A DNA stretch of 25,746 bases from a candidate division WOR-3 bacterium (GTDB lineage Bacteria; Hydrothermota; Tepidihabitantia; SM23-42; JAOAFX01), in NCBI GenBank assembly GCA_039802265.1, contig JBDRWI010000033.1, forward strand, positions 1 to 25,746. The letters run 5' to 3'. The notes below the pieces were generated by a model that saw only the letters and a program-made list of their open reading frames with translations, ran no database searches and had not been told where the DNA came from. The number at the start of each line of letters is the position of its first letter. Position 1 is the first letter of the stretch. This document shows positions 17,613-25,746 of the stretch, piece by piece. The translations under genes and the position numbers were made by a program.

Positions 17613-19061
17613 TCACGGCAGCTTCGGGTCAACAAATATTACATCTTCACGCATCAGGATAACACTCCCCAATTTCCCCTTTTTGTTCTTCTTCAAATAT
17701 TTCCGCTGGGTATAAGACACCGGAACGCGCTTCTGTTTCTTTGCCTTGCTAAAATATGCGGCAATTGAGGCGGCCATTTCAATGTCTTCCCTTTTTAAAG
17801 TTTTCTTTGTCTCGGTTCTTAATAGTGTATGGGCACCTTCATATCCGCGGACATGAAAGAAATAGTCATCAGGTCTTGCATATTTGAAGGTAAGGAGCAT
17901 ATTTGATTCGGCACTCTTTCCCACATAAACCCTTGCCCCGGAAGGGAGAATGAATTCTTTAAAAGGAAGTACTTCCTTCTGTTCGAAGACCGGTCTGGTA
18001 ACCTGCACTCTTTTCTCTTTTATGACTTCCTCGCCTGATTTCAATCTTGAAATCCGCTCTTCTATTTCCTGAATCTGCCTTTGCACTATTGGCAGTCCTC
18101 GCTTTAATTTCTTATATCTCTTAAAATATTCTTGGGCGTTCTCCTGAACCGACTTTGCCGGATCAAGATTTATCTCTATGTCCCTTTGGGTATATGGATT
18201 AAACACCATTATCCTATCCATCCCCTTTTTGACCTGCGTGGCATTCATAAGGAGCAATTCGCCAAAAATCCGGTAATCTTCAATTTTCCCCAACTCTTCC
18301 AGTTTTTCTTTCAACCTCTTTAATTTCTCCGTCAATTTTTTTATCTCCTTATCCGAGCGTGCCTTATTTTCGTATTCTGCCTTTTTTTCAATAAATCCCT
18401 TGATTCCCTCCGCAAATAAGTCATTCCAGGATTCGTATTCTTTCACATAGTTATCAGCAAAGAGGCTTACCGCCAATGGAAAGACGGAGACAAGTCGAAC
18501 CTTTGTCTTCTTTCCGGAGAGAATTTCTTTTAAATCTTGGACCTTCTGCCAATCCAGCTCCCGGGCAAGTGACCGGTCCAATCCCTCAAAGTTTCTTACC
18601 AATGATTCCTTATTCTGCAGATCTGTGGCTTGAATTTCAAAGAACGAACGCTTTGCTCCTTTCTCTATATCACGGGGAAATAAACTCCGCTTACTACGTT
18701 CTGTAATCAGTGTAAAATTGGGTGCCTCCCGGTAAAACGAAATTCTCACTTTTACAATCCCTACCTGGTGTAGTTCCTTTTTTTCTATTATCAGCTCACA
18801 AACCGGCCTAAGGTCAATCTGTTTTACATCAATTATCTTTCCTGGCACAAGACAGTCAGTAAAATTTTGTATTCGCTCAAAATCCTTTTTTTTACTGTCA
18901 ATAAAAATCCCCAGCGCCTGAGGAAATAGTGAAATAAATAGTGCATCATTTCCGAATTCTATCTGCACCAGACGTCCTTTAATTGAAACCTGGTGGATAA
19001 ATTGGTTTGTAATCCTTGGTTTCAATTCCCTCAAGAGCATAAAAAGATAGACACCATTCAT
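17613..19061 (-). CDS. rqcH: NFACT-family protein (RqcH/Rqc2/FbpA-like ribosome quality control factor)
   Basis: Coiled coil, GELLL, I.LDP..S..ENAQEYFKRYKKLKRG, and NFACT-R motifs VGKSAESN, DYFFHVRGYEGAH and AASIAAYFSK. Confidence 0.8.
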   Translation of the reverse strand: MNGVYLFMLLRELKPRITNQFIHQVSIKGRLVQIEFGNDALFISLFPQALGIFIDSKKKDFERIQNFTDCLVPGKIIDVKQIDLRPVCELIIEKKELHQVGIVKVRISFYREAPNFTLITERSKRSLFPRDIEKGAKRSFFEIQATDLQNKESLVRNFEGLDRSLARELDWQKVQDLKEILSGKKTKVRLVSVFPLAVSLFADNYVKEYESWNDLFAEGIKGFIEKKAEYENKARSDKEIKKLTEKLKRLKEKLEELGKIEDYRIFGELLLMNATQVKKGMDRIMVFNPYTQRDIEINLDPAKSVQENAQEYFKRYKKLKRGLPIVQRQIQEIEERISRLKSGEEVIKEKRVQVTRPVFEQKEVLPFKEFILPSGARVYVGKSAESNMLLTFKYARPDDYFFHVRGYEGAHTLLRTETKKTLKREDIEMAASIAAYFSKAKKQKRVPVSYTQRKYLKKNKKGKLGSVILMREDVIFVDPKLP

Positions 19062-19065
19062 AAAT

Positions 19066-20043
19066 TTATTTAAATTTACTGCGCAGATAATTTAAAATCT
19101 TCTCCATATCTTCAGGCAGGGGGGCAGTAAGGTGGAGTTCTTTATTCGTTTCAGGATGCCGGAGGGTCAATTCTGAGGCATGAAGTGCCTGGCGGTTAAT
19201 TAGATTCAAGATTTCCGAAAAATGTTGGAGATATCGGGCATCCCTTACCGCCTCCGGCTTTCTCCCTCCATAATCTTTATCACCGACGACCGGACAGCCG
19301 ATATGTTTCAGGTGAACCCTGATTTGATGCGTCCGTCCGGTAACAAGCCAGACCTTCAAATAACTGACGAGAGGAAATTTTTCCAGCACCAGAAATTTCG
19401 TTACTGCCATCTTATCAGAAAGGGGTGTAACGGCCATCTTTGTGCGGTCAAGACTGCTCCGTCCGATTGGTGCCTCAATCACCCCTTCATTCTGACCCGG
19501 ATAATTCCAGCAAAGTACATCATATTTTTTTTGAATCTCCCTGCGGGCAATTGCCTTGCCTAAAATACTTAGTGCCCTATCGGTCTTGGCAAAGATAATA
19601 AGTCCGGTGGTATCCTTATCAAGGCGATGCAGGACCCCGGGCCTGATCTCATCGGCAAGGCTGGGTAGTTTACCACAGTGATGGAGTAATGCATTTACCA
19701 TAGTATGTTCAAAATTACCCCGGGCCGGATGAACAATTATGCCGGGTGGCTTATTCACTACAATAATTGATTCATCTTCGTATACAATGTCCAGCGGTAT
19801 CGGCTCAGGTCTTATCTCGGGACCGGTATCTACCTCAAATTGAACATATATCTCATCCCCCTCCTTCACCCGGTAGGCACACTTTGCGGGTTTGTTATTG
19901 ACCAGAACCTTGCCTTGTTTGATCAGTTTCTGGATTAAATTCCGGGAAAGACCGATACCGGAAATAAAAAGATACTGGTCAAGCCTTGTCCCCCATTGTT
20001 TCTCAGAAACCTTTCTTTTAAATTCCTGAATAACCTTGCTCAT
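19066..20043 (-). CDS. rluD: RluA-family pseudouridine synthase with N-terminal S4 domain (RluD-like)
   Basis: RLDQYL S4 domain, VNKPPGIIVHP, catalytic HRLDKDTTG, TGRTHQIRVH and RQALHA. Confidence 0.9.
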   Translation of the reverse strand: MSKVIQEFKRKVSEKQWGTRLDQYLFISGIGLSRNLIQKLIKQGKVLVNNKPAKCAYRVKEGDEIYVQFEVDTGPEIRPEPIPLDIVYEDESIIVVNKPPGIIVHPARGNFEHTMVNALLHHCGKLPSLADEIRPGVLHRLDKDTTGLIIFAKTDRALSILGKAIARREIQKKYDVLCWNYPGQNEGVIEAPIGRSSLDRTKMAVTPLSDKMAVTKFLVLEKFPLVSYLKVWLVTGRTHQIRVHLKHIGCPVVGDKDYGGRKPEAVRDARYLQHFSEILNLINRQALHASELTLRHPETNKELHLTAPLPEDMEKILNYLRSKFK

Positions 20044-20060
20044 ATTGGTGATTTCTTTAG

Positions 20061-20088
20061 ATTATACCAAAAATATATTTTCCGTCAA
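20061..20088 (-). promoter_or_regulatory. Sigma70-type promoter for rluD-rqcH
   Basis: Minus strand TTGACG-16 nt-TATAAT (with TGG extended -10), 17 nt before ATG 20043. Confidence 0.75.
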
Positions 20089-20199
20089 TGAGTTTAAATG
20101 GTTGATTCTTTTCACTGATGCACGAATCCGCAATCTCAATTACCCATATTCCTTTTTTCACAAGAACATAACTTTAAGGAGTGTCAGAGTTTAGAGGAA

Positions 20200-20227
20200 T
20201 TGACAATCCAGCCAATATGAGTATATT
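20200..20227 (+). promoter_or_regulatory. Sigma70-type promoter for the hypothetical-hypothetical-methyltransferase-queA operon
   Basis: TTGACA-16 nt-TATATT, 10 nt before ATG 20238. Confidence 0.65.
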
Positions 20228-20237
20228 TTGAATACGA

Positions 20238-20960
20238 ATGATTTTCTGTTTATTTATGCTCATTGAACCGGTGCAGATAGTTCAATTGCCCTTTAGATGC
20301 ACCGCGATTGTATCATCCGGTGATGATATATATCTTGCCCCATTTGTCGGCAAGGGAATACTGAAGATGGATTCCTATAAAAACTTTGAAGTAAAGTTAT
20401 TTACCCATAGTGAAAATTATCGGATATACAATTTCGTAGTGACACCATTTGCCTATTATCTTAATAATGGCCGAATGATAGAAAAGTTTTATATAAATCA
20501 GGGAATAAAAGAGACCATCTATGAAGGGGATGAAATATCTTCTTTTATTGTCACCCCTGAAGACGAAATAATTCTTATTGAAGAAAGAAATCAGGAACTG
20601 GTCTTCCTTGACTATCGCTATAAAGCGAATTTGAAAATAAGAAATATCCGGGCGCGGGACATTGCTATCTTAGATGGCAAGGTATACACCCTGACTCAAA
20701 AGGGAATTGAGGTATTTGATCGCTATGGTAATATCATAGACCGGATGGAAATCCCCGAAAGATTTGAAAAACTCTTTATTGATAGCCTGAATCTCTATCT
20801 CTTTTCGCCGCAGGCAGATTATCTCTATAAATGGAATAACCAATGGCAGAAGATTGAAATCGGAAGGAAGATTTTAAGTTTTGTCGCAACTCAAAATAAT
20901 ATTTATTGCCTTGATGATTATGGTACTAATCTCTATATTTATAATCGGGCTGACTTCTGA
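20238..20960 (+). CDS. Hypothetical protein, beta-rich (possible beta-propeller)
   Basis: 240-aa ORF downstream of a promoter, with recurring short beta-strand/turn patterns about every 38-40 aa and a short hydrophobic N-terminus. Confidence 0.7.
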   Translation: MIFCLFMLIEPVQIVQLPFRCTAIVSSGDDIYLAPFVGKGILKMDSYKNFEVKLFTHSENYRIYNFVVTPFAYYLNNGRMIEKFYINQGIKETIYEGDEISSFIVTPEDEIILIEERNQELVFLDYRYKANLKIRNIRARDIAILDGKVYTLTQKGIEVFDRYGNIIDRMEIPERFEKLFIDSLNLYLFSPQADYLYKWNNQWQKIEIGRKILSFVATQNNIYCLDDYGTNLYIYNRADF

Positions 20961-23628
20961 ACAAAAATTGGATTCAGTCTATTATAATTTTCAATGTATC
21001 ATCGCGGATAGCATCACCTTTAGCGAAGATACGCTGCCTACACCAAACAGACAAAATGAGGAAGAAACGAAGTATCAATCACTAAGGGTTAATGGAATGA
21101 AGGAGTTCAACTTTGATATGAACAATGGCTTTGACCAGGGTCTGAAATTGGCGATCACCGGCGAACTTGAGGGGGTAAAGATTGAAGGAAATCTTTCAGA
21201 CAAGGCATCCCCGGCTCCTACCACCCGCATCGCTGATATTGAAAAGATGAATTTGAATGTAAACACCAGAAATTTTTATGGGGGAATTGGGGACCTGAGC
21301 GTTGGTCTACCCTTTGGTGTCAGCGATGAGATAGAAGGAGCCCGAGCCGGTCTTTATAGCGATGACGATAGTACCGGTGTAAATCTTTCTTATGCGTTGA
21401 ATCGCGGGAGATATAAAAGAATGGAATTTAATGGCAATGAGGGCAAACAGGGTCCTTATTTCCTTAATGGACCTTTAGTCTATGCCTCGGAGAAGGTCTA
21501 TTTAACTGAAGGTATCCATTCACCCCGGCTACTCCAGCGTAATGAAGACTACTATCTTGATTATACCCAGGGAATATTGACCTTTACCAACAAGAATATT
21601 ATCACCCACAATACCCGCATCACCGTAGAATATCAACAGATGACACAGGATTATTTAGGTATCTACCAGGAGGGGGATGGAATGGTAAGGTCCGATGATT
21701 TAACGCTGAAATTTCTGGCGCGGAGAATAAATGATGATAGTAACAACCCCTTATCATTCTCTTTCAGCCCGGAAGAGATTGAAGGTTTAAAAAATTGTGG
21801 CGATTCCTCAACAATCTACCATATTTATGCCGACACTTCAACCTGTGGTAATTATAATATGGTGGATAGCCACTTCGTTTATGCGGGTGAAGGAAAGGGT
21901 AGATATAATGTTACTTTTTTTTATACCGGAGAAAATCAAGGGGAATATATTTATGATCCACAGATCAAGGCATTTTCCTATCTTGGACCCAAAATGGGCA
22001 ATTATTCACCCTCAAAGGTAATCACCCCACCAGCCGATAATCAGTTCTACGGAGTGGGGATTGAATACAGGTATGTAACCCTTTCCCTCTATGGTTCAAA
22101 CCTTGATAGAAATACCTTCTCTTACATAGATGACCAGGACAACCGGGCATTCGGTTATAATTTAACCTTACAAAAAAAAATGAAGATATTATCTGGCAGT
22201 ATTCAATATGTTAACTACCAGAAAAACCTCAATCTTCCATTTAGCCGCGCGCCCCTTAACTATTATTACCTCTACAATACCGACGACTCCCTGAATGAAA
22301 TGGCAAACTTCGATTTGGGTTTTACCCCCTTAGAAGAATTCAGTATGGATTTATTCTATGGGGTCCTGAATCGTCTCCACCACCGTCGGGGTGTGAGGTT
22401 CAAACCATTCTTTCTCTATTTTTCTTACGAAAAAATTAATACCTTAAATAAGTTCGGACTGGGGGGCAGCAGAAATATCGGGAAGTTCTTTCTCTCCACC
22501 GACTGGGAGAAAAAAGAGAACATTTACTTTTTTAATTACAGCAGCAGATATAATATTTCTAAAATTGTTAATCTTGGAGTGTCCGGCGATTACTATTCTG
22601 ACACTACCACAAAGGCAATTACTACAAAATTAGATTTTTTTAGCATTCCTGGTAAGATTTTTGCCGGTCATCGTTTTTACAATGATACAACCTTTCTCTT
22701 TGGCAATCTCGAATTGAATCTCAATTATAAGAATTTTAATATACGCACCTTTATTCAGCAGACCCAGAAATATTCCCAGAAAAGGGATGAAATCTACCAG
22801 CGGGTTAAAAAGGGAACCGGTGATTATATCTATGATTCCTTAACCAATACCTATATAAAAAAAATATTCGGAGATTACATAAAAAAAACAATCCTCCTAA
22901 ATGAATTTGAAAGGGTTATCGCCCGAAACTACACTGTGGAGTTGGGTTATCTTGAAAAATTCTTTGATACGAAGTTGAAACTAAATTATCTAAACGAAGA
23001 AACTTTTTTCAACCACCTTGAAGATTTGACATTAAACATAAATGGCAATGAGTATCATTTAGAAACCAATCTCCGGCAGGAATTTTCACTTGACCGACGA
23101 CTTGCCCTGGAGGACATCTTAACTCAATATCGAATATTTTCTATCGCCCCTTCATACAAAAAATTCTACAATGTCAGTTCAGTAAATGAGAGAATAGAAA
23201 AATGGCAGGAATTATTGCGGGAAAAGAGAAATGAATATGCAACGACTATCTATCTGGAGATAATAGAAAATCCGCAGGTTAAGCCGTATGTTGGCTATAC
23301 CTATGCCCTGATTTATTCCGAATATTTTGTCCAGATGAATAATCTATTGCGCCACACCCCCAAGCTCGGTATAATCTGGGCACTGGCATTGAGACAAAAG
23401 GGCAGAATTGAACTGAATGGAGAATTGATTTACCATAAATATAACATTGCCGATGTTCCCTACTACTTCGGTGCAAGCGCACCACCGGGTTTGACAAAGA
23501 ATCTAAGCGCAAATGTCAATTTTGGTGTAGGCGACAATACCATACTCAGCCTGATTTATACAATTCAATTACCTGCTGGAGCAGAGTATTATCAGACATT
23601 AAAGTTTCAAAGCAGAATAAAATTTTAA
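20914..23628 (+). CDS. Large hypothetical outer-membrane protein
   Basis: ~900-aa ORF with hydrophobic N-terminus, motif GNEGKQGPY...SEKVY...L.RNEDYYLDY..GILTF...RITVEYQ, amphipathic beta strands and terminal Phe. The start is uncertain (TTG 20881, ATG 20914 or ATG 20920). Confidence 0.75.
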   Translation: MIMVLISIFIIGLTSEQKLDSVYYNFQCIIADSITFSEDTLPTPNRQNEEETKYQSLRVNGMKEFNFDMNNGFDQGLKLAITGELEGVKIEGNLSDKASPAPTTRIADIEKMNLNVNTRNFYGGIGDLSVGLPFGVSDEIEGARAGLYSDDDSTGVNLSYALNRGRYKRMEFNGNEGKQGPYFLNGPLVYASEKVYLTEGIHSPRLLQRNEDYYLDYTQGILTFTNKNIITHNTRITVEYQQMTQDYLGIYQEGDGMVRSDDLTLKFLARRINDDSNNPLSFSFSPEEIEGLKNCGDSSTIYHIYADTSTCGNYNMVDSHFVYAGEGKGRYNVTFFYTGENQGEYIYDPQIKAFSYLGPKMGNYSPSKVITPPADNQFYGVGIEYRYVTLSLYGSNLDRNTFSYIDDQDNRAFGYNLTLQKKMKILSGSIQYVNYQKNLNLPFSRAPLNYYYLYNTDDSLNEMANFDLGFTPLEEFSMDLFYGVLNRLHHRRGVRFKPFFLYFSYEKINTLNKFGLGGSRNIGKFFLSTDWEKKENIYFFNYSSRYNISKIVNLGVSGDYYSDTTTKAITTKLDFFSIPGKIFAGHRFYNDTTFLFGNLELNLNYKNFNIRTFIQQTQKYSQKRDEIYQRVKKGTGDYIYDSLTNTYIKKIFGDYIKKTILLNEFERVIARNYTVELGYLEKFFDTKLKLNYLNEETFFNHLEDLTLNINGNEYHLETNLRQEFSLDRRLALEDILTQYRIFSIAPSYKKFYNVSSVNERIEKWQELLREKRNEYATTIYLEIIENPQVKPYVGYTYALIYSEYFVQMNNLLRHTPKLGIIWALALRQKGRIELNGELIYHKYNIADVPYYFGASAPPGLTKNLSANVNFGVGDNTILSLIYTIQLPAGAEYYQTLKFQSRIKF

Positions 23629-23632
23629 AAAT

Positions 23633-24472
23633 ATGGAATTGGCTGAAAAGGACAACAAAAAATACCGAATGTTTTATGAACTGGCAGGCAGGTTCTATCC
23701 TGAAGATAAACTCACCTACTCAAGTCTGAGTGGTCTGGTAAGAAAAAAATGGGTTTCAAGAAAACTTGCCTCAATGCCCCCGGGAAATCTGCTTGACTGT
23801 GGATGTAATATCGGCCGGCTCGCTGCCTTTTGGGATAAGGGACCGGTCTTTGCCATTGATATTGCCTATTCCCTTGTTGCAAAAGGAAAAAACCTATACC
23901 CCAAAATTAACTTCATTCAGGGTGATATCCAGCATTTAACCTTCATCAAACCCGAATCAATTGACAATGCAATTGCCATTGAAGTTATTGAACACCTGCC
24001 TCAGCCGGAGGCCTTTCTTACCGGACTTTATAAGGCAATGAAAAAAGGTGGAATGGTTTTGATTACTACACCAGGCTACTCCCGACACAGACCGGTATTC
24101 ATTCCTCTTGGAATAATAAAGAGTTACGGCATCGATAAAGGACCGCAAGGGAAGCACTACCTGCATACTGCATACAAACCTGAAGAACTTGCCCGCCTGG
24201 CTGAAAACGCCCAGTTTAAAGTTATAGAAAAAGGAAGTTTTGAGTTTGAACTGCGTGGTTGGGTAAAACCACTGGTCATTCTCCAGAGGTTCTTCAACGG
24301 GCTGAGTGAAAAACTCTTTCCGGTATCAAGACTGAACCATCTCTTCCTTCAATTCACTCAAACTATGGAGATTGATATATTCTATATCCTTGATGTATTT
24401 TATTTTGCTAAATTTTTAAGAACTTTATTCAAGGAAGGCAGAAGAACATTTATCGTGGCAATTAAAAAATGA
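23633..24472 (+). CDS. Class I SAM-dependent methyltransferase
   Basis: LLDCGCNIG motif I, AIDIA, FIQGD, EVIEHL..P and KKGGMVLITTP. Confidence 0.88.
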   Translation: MELAEKDNKKYRMFYELAGRFYPEDKLTYSSLSGLVRKKWVSRKLASMPPGNLLDCGCNIGRLAAFWDKGPVFAIDIAYSLVAKGKNLYPKINFIQGDIQHLTFIKPESIDNAIAIEVIEHLPQPEAFLTGLYKAMKKGGMVLITTPGYSRHRPVFIPLGIIKSYGIDKGPQGKHYLHTAYKPEELARLAENAQFKVIEKGSFEFELRGWVKPLVILQRFFNGLSEKLFPVSRLNHLFLQFTQTMEIDIFYILDVFYFAKFLRTLFKEGRRTFIVAIKK

Positions 24473-25488
24473 AACTCGTCGATTTTAACTATCCACTTGA
24501 CCGGTCTTTAATCGCCCAGAAACCCCTGAAGGATCGTGCTACATCTCGGCTTTTGGTCATTGACCGGAATACCGCAAAAATTTCCCATCACCAATTCCGC
24601 GAGATTGTTGATTTTATCTCTCCGGGTGATACGTTGGTCTTGAATAATACCAAAGTTTTCAAGGCACGGCTAATAGGGAAGAAAGAAACCGGGGCAAGGG
24701 TTGAAATATTACTTCTGGACAAGAAAAACGAATACTGGCGTGCCCTTGTCTTTCCGGCAAAAAAGGCAAGATCCGGTACAAAAATTTATTTTGATGATGA
24801 CACCTGCGCTGAATTGAATGAAAAAAAAGAGAACCACTGGTTAATCTCTTTTAATAAGCCAGACCAGGATGTTATCGAATTCTTTGGTAATATTCCTCTT
24901 CCCCATTATATAAAAAGGCAACCGGGTCCTGAAGACGAAGAGCACTATCAGACAGTTTATGCCAAAAAGGTTGGCTCGGTTGCGGCGCCCACGGCCGGAC
25001 TCCATTTTACTGAAGAAATACTTGAAAATTTAAAAACGAAAAATATCACAATTGCTGAGATTTGCCTCCACATCGGCCCCGGTACATTCTTACCAATCCG
25101 CTGTCAAAATGTAGAAGAACATAGCATGGCGCCTGAATATTTTGAAATCCCCGCGGAGGTAGTCGCAAAAGTCGCCAATGCCCGAAGAATTATCGCCGTC
25201 GGCACCTCCGTCTGCAGGGCGCTTGAATCAGCGGCTGAAAGAATAATTGAACAAAAAAGGAAAAATGTTTATAGCACCATTACGGAAGAAGCAGACTTAT
25301 TCATCTATCCCGGTTATAAATTCAAGATTGTAAACTCGCTGATTACAAACTTCCACCTGCCCTGTTCTACTCCATTGCTGCTGGTTTGCGCATTTGCTGG
25401 TAAGGATTTAATATTCACTGCCTACAAGGTAGCGATGGAAATGCGATACCGATTTCTTTCTTATGGCGATGCAGTATTGATAATCTAA
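24469..25488 (+). CDS. queA: S-adenosylmethionine:tRNA ribosyltransferase-isomerase
   Basis: LIAQKP, LVLNNTKVFKARL, YQTVYA, GSVAAPTAGLHF, LHIGPGTF, VGTS, ITNFHLP and YRFLSYGDA. Confidence 0.97.
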   Translation: MKLVDFNYPLDRSLIAQKPLKDRATSRLLVIDRNTAKISHHQFREIVDFISPGDTLVLNNTKVFKARLIGKKETGARVEILLLDKKNEYWRALVFPAKKARSGTKIYFDDDTCAELNEKKENHWLISFNKPDQDVIEFFGNIPLPHYIKRQPGPEDEEHYQTVYAKKVGSVAAPTAGLHFTEEILENLKTKNITIAEICLHIGPGTFLPIRCQNVEEHSMAPEYFEIPAEVVAKVANARRIIAVGTSVCRALESAAERIIEQKRKNVYSTITEEADLFIYPGYKFKIVNSLITNFHLPCSTPLLLVCAFAGKDLIFTAYKVAMEMRYRFLSYGDAVLII

Positions 25489-25613
25489 TGGCTCACAGCA
25501 AAGAATAAAAATACCAAATGTTCAAAAGTAAACATTTCCTCGCGAAAAAAGTTGGGACTTAAGGCAATAAAGATGTTGGAAACTTAAAAGATGTTCAGTA
25601 CAAGACCCATACA

Positions 25614-25746
25614 ATATCATCCCTGAATATCCTGTGGTTTTTTCTTTCTACAAGATATTCAGGGGGATACCCCCTGAAAACCCCCGCTATATAGCAAACC
25701 GTCTCTTTGTGCGGAGACCATTTTCATATCATCCTCCCCTGAATAT
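25614..25746. repeat. Palindrome-rich non-coding repeat unit, apparently restarting at the window end
   Basis: Inverted repeat CCCTGAATATCCTGT / ACAAGATATTCAGGG (25621-25664), overlapping hairpin TTCAGGGGG-ATA-CCCCCTGAA (25658-25678), and near-direct repeat ATATCATCC(TCCC)CTGAATAT at 25614 and 25726. Confidence 0.55.

Noticed and set aside
7287..24166. Numerous 60-113 aa ORFs nested in or antisense to long genes
   Set aside because: They are shadow frames of well-supported CDSs and have no motifs or initiation signals of their own.

Overview
Bacterial chromosomal window. The gene content suggests an FCB-related lineage, possibly candidate division WOR-3 (inference only). 1-5816 is a same-strand array of four secreted proteins, each ending in a T9SS type-A/FlgD-Ig-like C-terminal domain (CTD): a partial gene, an LVIVD-repeat protein, an SBBP-like beta-propeller and an Asp-box protein split by a frameshift in a G6 run. 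A 170-bp MITE-like element with a TTAA duplication follows. Next come an outer-membrane beta-barrel, a fused acyl-CoA dehydratase activator, a 58-aa four-Cys protein missing from the ORF track, and TPR-DksA/TraR-lspA. A minus-strand block carries an RluD-type synthase, RqcH/NFACT, a Tat-signal tandem-nitroreductase with a CTD, and a QueT-like ECF transporter. A plus-strand operon then holds two envelope hypotheticals, a methyltransferase and queA, and a palindrome-rich repeat is cut by the window end. Most notable are the Tat + nitroreductase + CTD protein, the small Cys protein, the MITE, the homopolymer frameshift, in-frame microsatellites in a CTD, and five sigma70-like promoters that all have 16-nt spacers. 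I recognised no rRNA, tRNA or CRISPR array. All family calls come from motif recognition by eye, not database searches.
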